DNA of 41,718 bases from a virus. Lineage: Duplodnaviria > Caudoviricetes. The position numbers were made by a program, and so were the translations under genes. The notes under the pieces were generated by a model, which did no database searches, had not been told where the DNA came from, and saw only the letters and a list, made by a program, of their open reading frames with translations. The stretch spans positions 1 through 41,718 of IMG/VR virus record IMGVR_UViG_3300025718_000015; one strand, given 5' to 3'. Below, piece after piece: positions 17,931 to 27,938 of the stretch (within the stretch, counting starts at the first letter, position 1; every line of letters begins with the position of its first letter).

Positions 17931-19646
17931 TTAGTTTGAACCTACGAATATAACCCCACCCAATGAAGTGTTTGGTTCAGTGTAGAAGAAGTTGACACCT
18001 ATAAAGAGGGTGTCCCAGGCATCGGTTACGTGTGTCTTAGTTTCATCCGGATTGTCAGGCGTATCAGCTAAAGCTTCAGGAGTCTTGTCTTTCTCAAATC
18101 CATTCTTTCCCTGGCGTACACCTGTTTGTTCCATGGCTATCTTGAGTAACTCATTGTTCATTGCATTGAACGTTGGATAGAGCAGATCTGTATCACCCTT
18201 GAGTGCACGGTCAATCTGTACGTGCTTCCAGTCATGACGTGGAGCCTGACCAATATACACATCAGTTACATTGCAACGGTTCTTGGTTAGTATATTGATA
18301 ATAGTATCAGCGTAACTTTCAGCACTGGTACCCGTCTCCCAGGTAAAGGTATGATCATAGTAAAATATAACATCCTTATGCATCATTGGTGCATAGTAAT
18401 CACATACTGCCTGAATAACATCCTGTAACTTACCTGGTGTCTTTACATAAAAAGTCTTTAGTGTTTTAAACTCATTGGTATCAGGGTCAACCTGACCTAC
18501 ACATGCTGTAGATATAGCTGCATTACTATCACATGCCAGGTGAAGTGGTCGCTTCCAGTCCAGATCTGAATCAGCATTACAACCGGCAGCACTTAGTTTC
18601 TTCCAGTTAGTACCAAACTGTTTAAGATTATCCTTATCATCAGGAATATAGAAGTGATTATCATTCAATGCAGAATAGAACCCATTGGGAACCCGGAACA
18701 ATCGTTCATTCATAAAGGCAGTACGCCATATCAATGACGGACTATCCCTATACATTTGCCAAATGAAATCTTTACCTACTACCTCAAGGTTATCAAATAT
18801 ATCATACTCACCATAGAATACAGTGTATTCGTATTCTTTCCCCGGCATTGGTTTCTTTGGCTTCTGATATCGCCTTGCCAGTGCTAAGTCAGCACGTAAT
18901 TCTTTGATTACTCTTCGGGTATAATCATTTTGCTCAGGTCGTAATTCAAATTCAATTATCTGCCGATACAGGTTACGAATGAAATTGATATGTTGATCAT
19001 CCATTTCTTCCTTCTTATCCAATATCCATTTACCCATCTTGGATGTAGGCATATCCGTAGAATATAAAACGCTGTGATGCCAGGGACAGTTACCAAAGTA
19101 CTGCCGGTTTCCTCGATTAGCCGGATTAACTTCTGATTTTATTTTGTTATAGTCCAGAAACTTTGCTTCAGGGCCAATCAACCAGTCGAGCGACATGGAG
19201 TTTGCGGACATGCCATTATTGAATGAAAGTACCACCATGATCGTTCCATTCCAGAAATGGAAACAGTTTGACCAGGCGTCACGTAATGGCATACGCTTTG
19301 GGAGTTTGAAGTTTTTGTCTGCAGGCGCACGGCGACCAACAAAGTAATGGATTCCCTCAACATATCCCCAGCTGTACAATGCGTGACAAATAGCAGGTAA
19401 CGTATTTCCCCAGGCTTTGGCATAAGTAGGAGATATCAGGGCACCGGTAGAACCCGGCATGGCCCAAACATTTCGGAGAATAAAGCGGGCATCAATACCC
19501 TCAGATTTTCCTGTACCACGAGCTGCTACAATATATTCATCATGCGCTGAAATGGCCATAGCATTGCGCTGGGCTTTATTGAAGAACTTTTTTACAGGTT
19601 CTTCAAACTTATGTAGCAGCTCAGCTGTAGGTTGAGTATATTCCAT
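17931..19646 (-). CDS. Terminase large subunit
   Basis: Walker A ARGTGKS, Walker-B-like WLIGPEAK, and RNase H-like nuclease residues (LACDSN, HVTDAWD). Confidence 0.88.
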   Translation of the reverse strand: MEYTQPTAELLHKFEEPVKKFFNKAQRNAMAISAHDEYIVAARGTGKSEGIDARFILRNVWAMPGSTGALISPTYAKAWGNTLPAICHALYSWGYVEGIHYFVGRRAPADKNFKLPKRMPLRDAWSNCFHFWNGTIMVVLSFNNGMSANSMSLDWLIGPEAKFLDYNKIKSEVNPANRGNRQYFGNCPWHHSVLYSTDMPTSKMGKWILDKKEEMDDQHINFIRNLYRQIIEFELRPEQNDYTRRVIKELRADLALARRYQKPKKPMPGKEYEYTVFYGEYDIFDNLEVVGKDFIWQMYRDSPSLIWRTAFMNERLFRVPNGFYSALNDNHFYIPDDKDNLKQFGTNWKKLSAAGCNADSDLDWKRPLHLACDSNAAISTACVGQVDPDTNEFKTLKTFYVKTPGKLQDVIQAVCDYYAPMMHKDVIFYYDHTFTWETGTSAESYADTIINILTKNRCNVTDVYIGQAPRHDWKHVQIDRALKGDTDLLYPTFNAMNNELLKIAMEQTGVRQGKNGFEKDKTPEALADTPDNPDETKTHVTDAWDTLFIGVNFFYTEPNTSLGGVIFVGSN

Positions 19647-20236
19647 TACTTCTCAATTACAGCCTCTTCAGCAATTTTATACATATTTCCTTTGAACATA
19701 GACCGAAAGATCTGACGTTCATATTCAAGGTTATCAATCTTCTCCAGTCCGTCAAGAACGGTTACATCATCAGTGGGCTCGAATCCGGGAGGAATCATTT
19801 GCGAATAATCCATATCATCATCTTCTTTATCTGCGCGGGTATATTTTCCAATTTTATCCAGACAAGCTGCCATACCTTTGGCGTCTCGGTCAGTTTTCGC
19901 AATTTCAAAACCTTCTTTAGCTCCTTCAATAATCATAAACCGGATCCATGATTTCGCTGGTAGTTGAACGGATCCTATAATTTTATTAAGACCGGAAATA
20001 TCATTATAAGCCTGCGACTTAGAAATAGTATCGCACTCACCTCCACAACCATTCAGCAGAAAGGTTACTAAATTAGCATCTGGCATGAGAGGTGTTTTCA
20101 ATTTCTGACTCACACAAAGCATGAGTCGCTTTTTGATTTCCATTTCCCGTGGAGTCAAAAAATTCTCAGCATCTTTTTCATCTTGGAACAAATGCTTTTC
20201 AATTTTCTCATATACTGATATTTCCTGCTTTGCCAT
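19646..20236 (-). CDS. Probable terminase small subunit
   Basis: 196 aa, helical, coupled to terL; assignment from position. Confidence 0.6.
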   Translation of the reverse strand: MAKQEISVYEKIEKHLFQDEKDAENFLTPREMEIKKRLMLCVSQKLKTPLMPDANLVTFLLNGCGGECDTISKSQAYNDISGLNKIIGSVQLPAKSWIRFMIIEGAKEGFEIAKTDRDAKGMAACLDKIGKYTRADKEDDDMDYSQMIPPGFEPTDDVTVLDGLEKIDNLEYERQIFRSMFKGNMYKIAEEAVIEK

Positions 20237-20241
20237 AAATT

Positions 20242-20523
20242 TTACATTAATTGTTCGCGAAGATATTTGTCAGCTATAGGCTCAGCTGCAGGGCTGCCAT
20301 GTTTGGCCAACTTGATCACTGTTTTTCTTAGTTCGAATTTTGTCTGTAGTCTGCCTTTCTGGAATGCCAGGAATATATCTGAGCTTTCATGATTTTTACA
20401 GATCTCCTCGAATGAATTTCTATCATCCGGATTAAGTCCCAGCAACATGGCTATTTCTTTTGCAGTCATTAAAGCAGCTGCGAATTCTTCTATCTGTTGT
20501 ATTTGGTCATTCGTCAAGTTCAT
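20242..20523 (-). CDS. Small HTH-like packaging-region protein
   Basis: MNLTNDQIQQIEEFAAALMTAKEIAMLLGL; start reassigned from the ORF track. Confidence 0.55.
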   Translation of the reverse strand: MNLTNDQIQQIEEFAAALMTAKEIAMLLGLNPDDRNSFEEICKNHESSDIFLAFQKGRLQTKFELRKTVIKLAKHGSPAAEPIADKYLREQLM

Positions 20524-21004
20524 AAGGAATTGATTGCTCATAAATTTCATCAAACATTTTTTCAAAATAATCGAAATGTTTCCCTCCAGTAAAATAAAAC
20601 CCGGCTTCATATCGGCGGACCTGGTTCATGTTTGCACTCCCTACAATTCCAAAGCTATGCGCGATGCTTCGTACGAGAATGATTTTAGCATGATTGCTAT
20701 CTAACCGGATACATGGAGTAATATTGGAAGCAAACAGCAGCATATCCAGCTTATGACGTTTTACTGTCATATCGAATAATAATGACAGTTTGGAAATAGA
20801 TCCATCTTCTATCAGGAAGAATAATGGACGCAAACTATCTTCCGAAATACTGAAGGTTGCTACTTTCACTTCTGCAGTACCAATTTGCTGCAACAAAATG
20901 GGCAATACGTCGTGTATTGCCCATTCTCCTTTGTGTATAAAAGGTTCAATTGTTTCCGGTAGCAATGCACCTGGAAACAACTGATCAAACTGTTGTTTCG
21001 TCAT
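20507..21004 (-). CDS. Phospholipase D-superfamily (PLD/Nuc-like) protein
   Basis: NHAKIILV...VGSANM (HxK...GSxN) plus VKVATFSIS; start at MTKQQF. Confidence 0.7.
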   Translation of the reverse strand: MTKQQFDQLFPGALLPETIEPFIHKGEWAIHDVLPILLQQIGTAEVKVATFSISEDSLRPLFFLIEDGSISKLSLLFDMTVKRHKLDMLLFASNITPCIRLDSNHAKIILVRSIAHSFGIVGSANMNQVRRYEAGFYFTGGKHFDYFEKMFDEIYEQSIPYELDE

Positions 21005-21944
21005 CCTTTGGTTTTTCTCCTTCAGGCTGAAGCTTTGCTTCCAGTTCTGCCAGTTCAGCAGTATAAACTTCAATACGTTTTACGGCATTGGCTTTGACGA
21101 CTTCCCTTTCGGAACTATCAGCAGTAGCCTGAGAACGTACGAGGTTTTCTTTCAACCGTTCAATTCTGCGAACAATTTGCGCACCGGCAACTAATACATT
21201 TTCGGAATAAGCAGGTTTTTCCAAAACCGGTTCTACAGTTTTACCTTCGCTCCATTCGTCAATCGTATCCCAGGCAGCGCGACGTTCATCATCCAACTTA
21301 ACCAGTTTTTTTACTAAACTTTCGCGGGTTTTGATATGCAATTTTTCAACCGAAATATCAGCATGGAAACTGGCCATCTCCGGAGTGATCACTTTCACCC
21401 GGTCGTACAGTTTTTTGATATCTTCCGGAAGATTGTCGTAAGCAACAATAGAAAGGCCTCTGCGTTCCTTTAATGCAGTCAGTTCAGCTTCTTTTTCTTC
21501 CAATAATGTTTCAGCTTCAGATAAAGCATCAACATGATCTTCTATTTCAGATTCTAATTCTTCTACATTGTCAGTCAAGTCACTGTTTTCTTCATCAACC
21601 TCCGATTTCTCAGCAGTCAATGCTTCGATAGTAGCTTTTAATTCAGCAATCTCATTTTCTTTTGCTGCAATTTCGTCCACACCGGCTACAGGTGATCCTG
21701 TAATTACCAATGTCATATCTTTGAACTGATCCGGGCTGATTTTGATCTTCATCTCAATGGCTGCAACCTTATTAGTCAACATACAAAGAGCCTGGTCAAA
21801 TTGCCCGGCTTCCGATTGATTATCTTTGAAATACTGAAGGTATTTTTTTTTGATATCATCCGAAGCTGCTGTTTCAAAGATAGCTAACCCATCAGCGAAT
21901 GAACGCTTAGGGTTAGCTAACCATGTTTGAATTGTTTTTAGCAT
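20985..21944 (-). CDS. Coiled-coil phage protein
   Basis: 319 aa with an acidic heptad-rich centre. Confidence 0.7.
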   Translation of the reverse strand: MLKTIQTWLANPKRSFADGLAIFETAASDDIKKKYLQYFKDNQSEAGQFDQALCMLTNKVAAIEMKIKISPDQFKDMTLVITGSPVAGVDEIAAKENEIAELKATIEALTAEKSEVDEENSDLTDNVEELESEIEDHVDALSEAETLLEEKEAELTALKERRGLSIVAYDNLPEDIKKLYDRVKVITPEMASFHADISVEKLHIKTRESLVKKLVKLDDERRAAWDTIDEWSEGKTVEPVLEKPAYSENVLVAGAQIVRRIERLKENLVRSQATADSSEREVVKANAVKRIEVYTAELAELEAKLQPEGEKPKDDETTV

Positions 21945-21954
21945 ATTGTTTAGA

Positions 21955-22506
21955 TTATACTAACAATGCATCAATATCAATGGGAGTTCCCAGGTAAATA
22001 ACCGGAGCCAAAGAATCAGCACTGTAAGTAAATTTATAACCACGACGATCTGCACGAGCCATACCACCTTCATAATCGGGTTTGATATAACATGGTAAAC
22101 CAGGTTGACCAACCAAAATCTGAGGACCGTCCATTTCTTCAGCAACAAGATAACCCGGTACGTTATTTACCTGACGAGCAAATGCTGCAAATTCTTTTTT
22201 GCTACCGGCGCGGAAGAACTCTCCCGACTGGGCAAAACTTTGACCTTCAATTTCGCCCTGATTAGCAGAGGTGAATTTTACGGTTTTATCGGTACACACA
22301 ATAACTTTAGGTGTATCACCTACAGTTTTAAAAACAAAAGCACCAACTGCAGTAACAAAGTCTGCATCAACTGAAGCATCAGTAATGGCAACGAGTTCCG
22401 GAGCAGCGCTAACCGAAGAAGCAGGAATAAACAATAAGCGTGATTTGTATCCGCCCATATTGTCCTGTCCGCCATCCCAGGTTAAGGGATCTAAATTTAC
22501 TTTCAT
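21955..22506 (-). CDS. Probable major tail tube protein
   Basis: 183 aa, beta-rich, GQDNMGG N-terminus; follows the capsid gene. Confidence 0.55.
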   Translation of the reverse strand: MKVNLDPLTWDGGQDNMGGYKSRLLFIPASSVSAAPELVAITDASVDADFVTAVGAFVFKTVGDTPKVIVCTDKTVKFTSANQGEIEGQSFAQSGEFFRAGSKKEFAAFARQVNNVPGYLVAEEMDGPQILVGQPGLPCYIKPDYEGGMARADRRGYKFTYSADSLAPVIYLGTPIDIDALLV

Positions 22507-22590
22507 ATATAAAAGTTTTAAAAAGTTACACTGATAAATGATTTAAAGAAAAACCGATTACCGAAGTAACCGGCTTATTCTTTATTTTGA

Positions 22591-23637
22591 TTAATAATCT
22601 CCAGACAAATCAATACGAGTATTCACTTGCTCGTTGGTCTTGAAAATCTTTTTGTGTACGTCACGGATACGAACACCATACGCTGCTTCCAGCCAGAACT
22701 GAACCACGTTAGGATCACGGTCGATATTACGAACCTGAACAAATTTCTCAGATTTTGAAGTATTGAACCCTAAATCCATATTCCCAACTTTTTGCAGAAC
22801 CACTTTCGATCCTGATCCAAGAACTTCATCCGTTGCAATTTCCAATGCAGGGCAGAATGAATCTTCGCGCAAGGCTTCCAATACCTGAACCATGGTTGGC
22901 ATTTGGAAAGCGTTCACTTTATTGCGATAAGCATCACGTACATTTTTCAATGCCGACAATGTGATCAACAATTGTGGGTTTCCACCGATAGTCGATTTCA
23001 ATAAAGGATTAGCCGTACCAATGAATTCAACCAGGTTATCATAAGGAGCTGTATCTGTACCCAAATTCAATGGGTCAAGCGTAAAGGCACCGGTTACTTC
23101 GAGGTTACCCTGTCCGGCTGCAATATGACCTGCAGTTACCAATAAGTCCAATGCAGGGAAAAATCCTGTCATGGAAGTCATAGGAGTTAACACAGCATTA
23201 TCGCGTTCGGCATGAAACATAGCAAAAGCCACATCTTCGGAGTGCGATTTTACAATACTCATCAAAATCAATTGTTCCAATGGGTGAACTTTCGATTTCA
23301 GATCAAGTTTAGTACCGGCGATTACCAGGGCTTTGTTTTCCTTGTAATTCGTGATATTGTCCAATACCTCGTAAACAACCAATTCAGGTTTCAACGAAGT
23401 TTCAAAAAATTTAGCGATTTCAGCCTGGGCTGCAAATGCGGTACCTGGAGCATAAGGAATAGTTCCTCCTGCTTTACGACGCATGTTAATCAAAACATCT
23501 TCGTTTTCAACTTCCTGAATATTCAACTTCAACTTTGCAGCTGCAGTCTCCAATGCCAGGAAAGGCAAGGTACGCAAAATCGGATCGTAAGTTATTGCAG
23601 CTTCTGACAAGCCGGCAACGGTAATTACTTTTGCCAT
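22591..23637 (-). CDS. Major capsid protein
   Basis: 348 aa after protease and scaffold; size and position fit an HK97-type capsid; downstream hairpin at 22551-22576. Confidence 0.75.
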   Translation of the reverse strand: MAKVITVAGLSEAAITYDPILRTLPFLALETAAAKLKLNIQEVENEDVLINMRRKAGGTIPYAPGTAFAAQAEIAKFFETSLKPELVVYEVLDNITNYKENKALVIAGTKLDLKSKVHPLEQLILMSIVKSHSEDVAFAMFHAERDNAVLTPMTSMTGFFPALDLLVTAGHIAAGQGNLEVTGAFTLDPLNLGTDTAPYDNLVEFIGTANPLLKSTIGGNPQLLITLSALKNVRDAYRNKVNAFQMPTMVQVLEALREDSFCPALEIATDEVLGSGSKVVLQKVGNMDLGFNTSKSEKFVQVRNIDRDPNVVQFWLEAAYGVRIRDVHKKIFKTNEQVNTRIDLSGDY

Positions 23638-23656
23638 TGTTATTTATTTATTGGGT

Positions 23657-24109
23657 TTAAATTAATCCGTTCTTTTTCATTTCGGCAACAATAGCCAAAG
23701 TATTACCTTTGTTCTTGTTTGCAAATTCCACCAATGTATCTGAGGTAGCAGCACTTGCTTCAGCTACAGGAATTGTCACAACGCTTTCGGCTCCGGGAAG
23801 CTTCGACAATGCAGCATTTTCAGTTTTCAAAGTGTCACGTTCTACTATCATAGCATCGCGTTCAGATGTCAACGTCAAAGCTTCAGTTGTCATAGTGGCA
23901 ATTGTAGCTTCAAGTTCGGTCACACGTTCAGCACTGGCACCTTCACCGGCTGGCTCGTCATTGGAAATAGCGTCCTCAATAACTTCGGGCGTTACATCCT
24001 CGGCTTTTAAATCTTCGTTTTTTGCAACGATCGATTCTACTACCTTGTCAAAATTGGCTGCTTTAGCAACGAGCGCATCGTACTTAGCAGATGATAAGAT
24101 TTTAGTCAT
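23657..24109 (-). CDS. Probable scaffolding protein
   Basis: Ala/Glu-rich coiled coil between protease and capsid. Confidence 0.6.
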   Translation of the reverse strand: MTKILSSAKYDALVAKAANFDKVVESIVAKNEDLKAEDVTPEVIEDAISNDEPAGEGASAERVTELEATIATMTTEALTLTSERDAMIVERDTLKTENAALSKLPGAESVVTIPVAEASAATSDTLVEFANKNKGNTLAIVAEMKKNGLI

Positions 24110-24112
24110 GGA

Positions 24113-24961
24113 TTATGAATTAAAATAGTTAAGAAAATTTTCAAATGTATCTATGCCATCAATCAGGCCGAGTTCCAATGCTTTTTCAGCAAAATATATC
24201 TTACCGCTTCCCCATACTTTCCGGTCTGCTGTCAATTGATCAGCACGGTTGCTTTCAATTGTCGAAAGAAAGTATTCGTTGAATACATCCAGACTGGCTC
24301 TTAATGCTTCAGGTTTTCCAGCAATGGCATCGCGGAACTCTTTATTTTTATCCGTGGAAGCGGTTGCATATATTTCTATGATATTCACACCCATTTGTTC
24401 CAGTTGTTTGGAAAAATCGATTATGGTACCATAGCAGCCCAAACTACCAATTTCAGCAAGGGTACTGTTTGCACAAATAAAATCACAGCCGCTGGCAATG
24501 CCATAAGCAGCTGAACAAGCCATATCATCAATAAAGGCACCTACCGGCTTATTCTTCTGACTGATGGTTTCATTCATCAATCGCATGGCATAACCTTCGC
24601 CACCACCACTCCCAATGACCAATACTACCGAACTGATATTTTCAGAAGCATAGCATTGTTTCAATAGATCCGATTTGGTTTTCATACCTGCAGGACCACA
24701 CTCCTGGTCAAACTTGGTAATAGCACCCGAAATATTAATAATGGCAATAGAACCTACCGGAACATTGTCAACCGATACACGGCGATCATTACCGCTGTCA
24801 GCTGCAACCTGAATAGAATTGCGATCATTTAATGCCGGTAATGCTAATGGCATTGCCATACGCTCACCTTTAATGTAGTTCGCAATCAATGGAAGATAGT
24901 TTACGGCGTAAGCCTCATCTATCATCCAAATACCAGTCAATATGTTGTGTAAGTAGAGCAT
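24113..24961 (-). CDS. S49 (SppA-like) prohead protease
   Basis: IGSGGG, MACSAAYGIAS and EIGSLG motifs. Confidence 0.9.
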   Translation of the reverse strand: MLYLHNILTGIWMIDEAYAVNYLPLIANYIKGERMAMPLALPALNDRNSIQVAADSGNDRRVSVDNVPVGSIAIINISGAITKFDQECGPAGMKTKSDLLKQCYASENISSVVLVIGSGGGEGYAMRLMNETISQKNKPVGAFIDDMACSAAYGIASGCDFICANSTLAEIGSLGCYGTIIDFSKQLEQMGVNIIEIYATASTDKNKEFRDAIAGKPEALRASLDVFNEYFLSTIESNRADQLTADRKVWGSGKIYFAEKALELGLIDGIDTFENFLNYFNS

Positions 24962-25010
24962 AAGCAGTTGGTTTGATATTAAAAAAGCAGTATTCCTGCA
25001 AATTGAATTG

Positions 25011-25046
25011 CAAGAATACTGCTTATATTAAAGTATTTAAAGGACT
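25011..25046 (-). promoter_or_regulatory. Putative late promoter, copy 6 (AGTCCTTT-N24-CTTG), at the head of the capsid operon
   Basis: Same spacing; overlaps the hairpin AAGCAGTATTC...GAATACTGCTT (24985-25024). Confidence 0.6.
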
Positions 25047-25047
25047 A

Positions 25048-25488
25048 TTATTCCACTAATTCAAGCTCAGGGTGCTTCATTATCCCTGAAATGGTAAGTT
25101 TGGTACCGGAATAACCATTTGCCTTGCTTGGGTTCACATTTTCTATTTTTACTGTTAACGGGTTTTCTTTATCACCGGCCACCAGTGAATCACCATTGGC
25201 AGTTATATACTTCAGTAAAATCTTATGATAACCTATAACAAGCAATTCACCATATTCTACTAAACTAAACCGTGAACAATAAATTATTCCGGCCACAGTG
25301 TAAGGTGTCAATACGGATTCATTACCCGGAGTCACCGTGATTTCAATTTTTCCCGGAGTTGCCGGAATTTCTTTCCACGGTTTATCTACCTGAAGCGAAA
25401 CAATTATTTTCGATCCGATAACCGCGCAACTTTTTACATTTTCGACTAAACAATATTCAGCCGATACAATTCCACCAATATTATCCAT
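25048..25488 (-). CDS. Hypothetical protein, possible tail-tube paralogue
   Basis: MDNIGG start resembles DNMGG of 21955..22506. Confidence 0.55.
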   Translation of the reverse strand: MDNIGGIVSAEYCLVENVKSCAVIGSKIIVSLQVDKPWKEIPATPGKIEITVTPGNESVLTPYTVAGIIYCSRFSLVEYGELLVIGYHKILLKYITANGDSLVAGDKENPLTVKIENVNPSKANGYSGTKLTISGIMKHPELELVE

Positions 25489-25600
25489 AATTGTATTGAT
25501 TTTTTTAATTAATTATTTTAAAATTAAACACTTCGCCATTTATACGCCACCTTTACCTCCAATATTGGACAAAACACCGAACTTGGTGCACAAAATAAAA

Positions 25601-26101
25601 TCAAACTTTAACATTTTTTTTTCGCTTATATTTACGTCTGATTCGCTTCCTGGAATTCTCCCGCCAACGATAAAAATTCTTCAATAATGCATCGCTGGTG
25701 ATGCTTTCAATCCGGTACCGGCAAATAAAGAAATTTACCGTGATATCATAGTTCTGATCTTCATCATGTTTCTTGGTCAGGAGCAACTGGTGAAGTTCAT
25801 CCCAAAACATAAGTTCTATTCGTTTTTGAATAATCAAACACGATTTTTCCGACAGAAAATTATAACAGGCCGGATTCTTACGGCAACCTTCCTCTTCGCC
25901 TCCTCGCCGGTTAGGTATTACTATTTCCAGATTACCGGTGTCCAGGTAATAATTGATAGGTCGTTTCTGCAGTAAGTCGTAAATGATAATGTATAGATCT
26001 GTTTTGATTGGGAACTGAACCGGTTCGGTAAAGTCTTCGCCCCATTTGCCAATGCAGTATTCTGCCAGGTGCGGTTTAATTGTGATTTTCGTCGTATTCA
26101 T
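25601..26101 (-). CDS. Putative late transcription regulator
   Basis: 166 aa at the early/late boundary with a basic C-terminal helix (DALLKNFYRWRENSRKRIRRKYKRKK). Confidence 0.5.
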   Translation of the reverse strand: MNTTKITIKPHLAEYCIGKWGEDFTEPVQFPIKTDLYIIIYDLLQKRPINYYLDTGNLEIVIPNRRGGEEEGCRKNPACYNFLSEKSCLIIQKRIELMFWDELHQLLLTKKHDEDQNYDITVNFFICRYRIESITSDALLKNFYRWRENSRKRIRRKYKRKKNVKV

Positions 26102-26900
26102 ATTTTTAAGGGTTGTATGATTTTAATATGGAATATTCTTTCACCAGGAATGCCATCTTTGCTTTCCGGTACCGAAACATATTTTTGTCTATTTCATAAT
26201 ATATCTAATTTTTGAAAAATAAATTACTGATATATAGTATTTTGATATAGAATTCAAGTTATAAAAAAAGAATGATTCAACCAAATAATAAGATATAAAA
26301 ATGCAAGGGGGAGATGGGGTAAATTCCGGTAAAAAATCGTGCTGGAGTACTGATTTATTAATAAAAAATGTCAATTGTTTAAAAATCAATAAGTTAAAAC
26401 AGTTCAAAAATGAGTATAAAGCAGTACTTTATTTTTTTTTAAAGTTCTTTTTCAATTTTCGAACTTAAACGGACTGGAAGAACTGAAAAGACCTGACTCC
26501 GTGCTATTATAAAACACTAATAATTAACGTTTTAGTTTTCAAAATATAACTAAAGTTCAAAAGCACGATTTTTTCTACTTTTTTTATATTATAACTTTCA
26601 AAAAAGAAAATATTAAAAAAGAGAATATTAGTATATGTTAGCGTCAGAACGGTTCCCGGAGTTTATAGCTTTCGGCCTTTTCCTTCCGGAATTTTGGGTT
26701 TTTGGTTTCGAACTTCCGAACGTTTAACATACAGGTTTTGCACAGTTCTTTTGTCCATTTTTATTCATTCATAAAATGAGGGGGTGTGGGGGAATTCGAA
26801 GAATCGAAAGAGAATAATAATTACAACCGTCTACATAAACGATCGTATAAACAAAAGCAGCTGAGCAATAGCCCAGCTGCTGAATTAGTTTTGTCTCTGA

Positions 26901-27089
26901 TTATTCTGATATTTCTATCTGTGAATCATCGACCCAGAATGATGCTTCAACCGCAATACCTGGTGTTTTTTTGGGAGTTACTTGATACGAAGGATTACCG
27001 TAAAGATATTCTACATATCCTGTAATGACTCCTGAGTTACCGGATACTTTGTCTGTTCCGGTTTTTCCTAAATTTTTGTTTTTATCCAT
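26901..27089 (-). CDS. Small hypothetical phage protein
   Basis: 62 aa SH3-like pattern DKVSGNSGVITG..YLYG. Confidence 0.55.
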   Translation of the reverse strand: MDKNKNLGKTGTDKVSGNSGVITGYVEYLYGNPSYQVTPKKTPGIAVEASFWVDDSQIEISE

Positions 27090-27128
27090 ATTCGTTATTG
27101 AGTTTTAATTAAGCCCGCTCAAAGCTGT

Positions 27129-27578
27129 TTATTCTTTTTCTTCCTCTTCGTCGTCGTATTTAATTACTGCTTCTATATCAGTTGTAGTAACCGACCAAAT
27201 TTCATAATCGGTCAAAGAACCTTTCATTCCGGCAATGATACCGTCCAGTGCTCCCTGTATGTCATCTGCCTGTACCATCATGGTTGCAGCCATTTTCTTT
27301 TCAACTCCTTTTTCTTCGTCAAACATAATGAAGTTTACTTTTCCTCTAAACCATTTGCTGCCATTGTCATTGAAAAACATTTCGCTGATGCGCGCCCTGG
27401 TTGCTTTGGCCACAGTGAACTCACCTTGGATATAAGGTGTCATTTGTTCGGTAATGCGTGCTTCAGCTTCGGTAAAGCTAAGCGCGTCGATAAGGTAGTT
27501 TTCTCTTACTTTTACGATTATGCCTTCTTCGGCCATCTTTTCGTAAGCGATTGTTGTTTGGAACCAATTGTGTTTCAT
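27129..27578 (-). CDS. DUF4494-family protein
   Basis: WF..IAYEK..ENYLIDALSFTEAEARI motif. Confidence 0.8.
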   Translation of the reverse strand: MKHNWFQTTIAYEKMAEEGIIVKVRENYLIDALSFTEAEARITEQMTPYIQGEFTVAKATRARISEMFFNDNGSKWFRGKVNFIMFDEEKGVEKKMAATMMVQADDIQGALDGIIAGMKGSLTDYEIWSVTTTDIEAVIKYDDEEEEKE

Positions 27579-27613
27579 AATGTAATTTGTTTTTTTATGT
27601 TAATACTAAGTTT

Positions 27614-27934
27614 TTATATTTGTCCCTGATAATAGGGTTCACACATGAATTCGAAATTTGATTGAAGTTTCTTTGCGCCGATCACCACCAGAACTCCGGA
27701 AGCGGCCAGCCGGTAAAGTTGGTGAGTAATCATCTGCGAACTGGCCAGGTTGTAAAGTGAAGCTGCAACAAAGTAGCAACCGGCTAAATCGAAGTCTTCA
27801 GGCGATCCTTTCATAATTTTTGAAGCATCTCCCGGTGTATTGGCCAATCCCTTTTTTACAAGCACACGCTTTACCATTGCCTGGCGTTCGGAGTCGTCAG
27901 TACTGATACACACGATTATTTTATTTTGTTTCAT
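27614..27934 (-). CDS. Hypothetical protein
   Basis: 106 aa in the operon. Confidence 0.65.
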   Translation of the reverse strand: MKQNKIIVCISTDDSERQAMVKRVLVKKGLANTPGDASKIMKGSPEDFDLAGCYFVAASLYNLASSQMITHQLYRLAASGVLVVIGAKKLQSNFEFMCEPYYQGQI

Positions 27935-27938
27935 GGTT

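Noticed and set aside
26189-26407. 72-aa ORF
   Set aside because: Low-complexity AT-rich translation with a weak start, inside the putative origin region.
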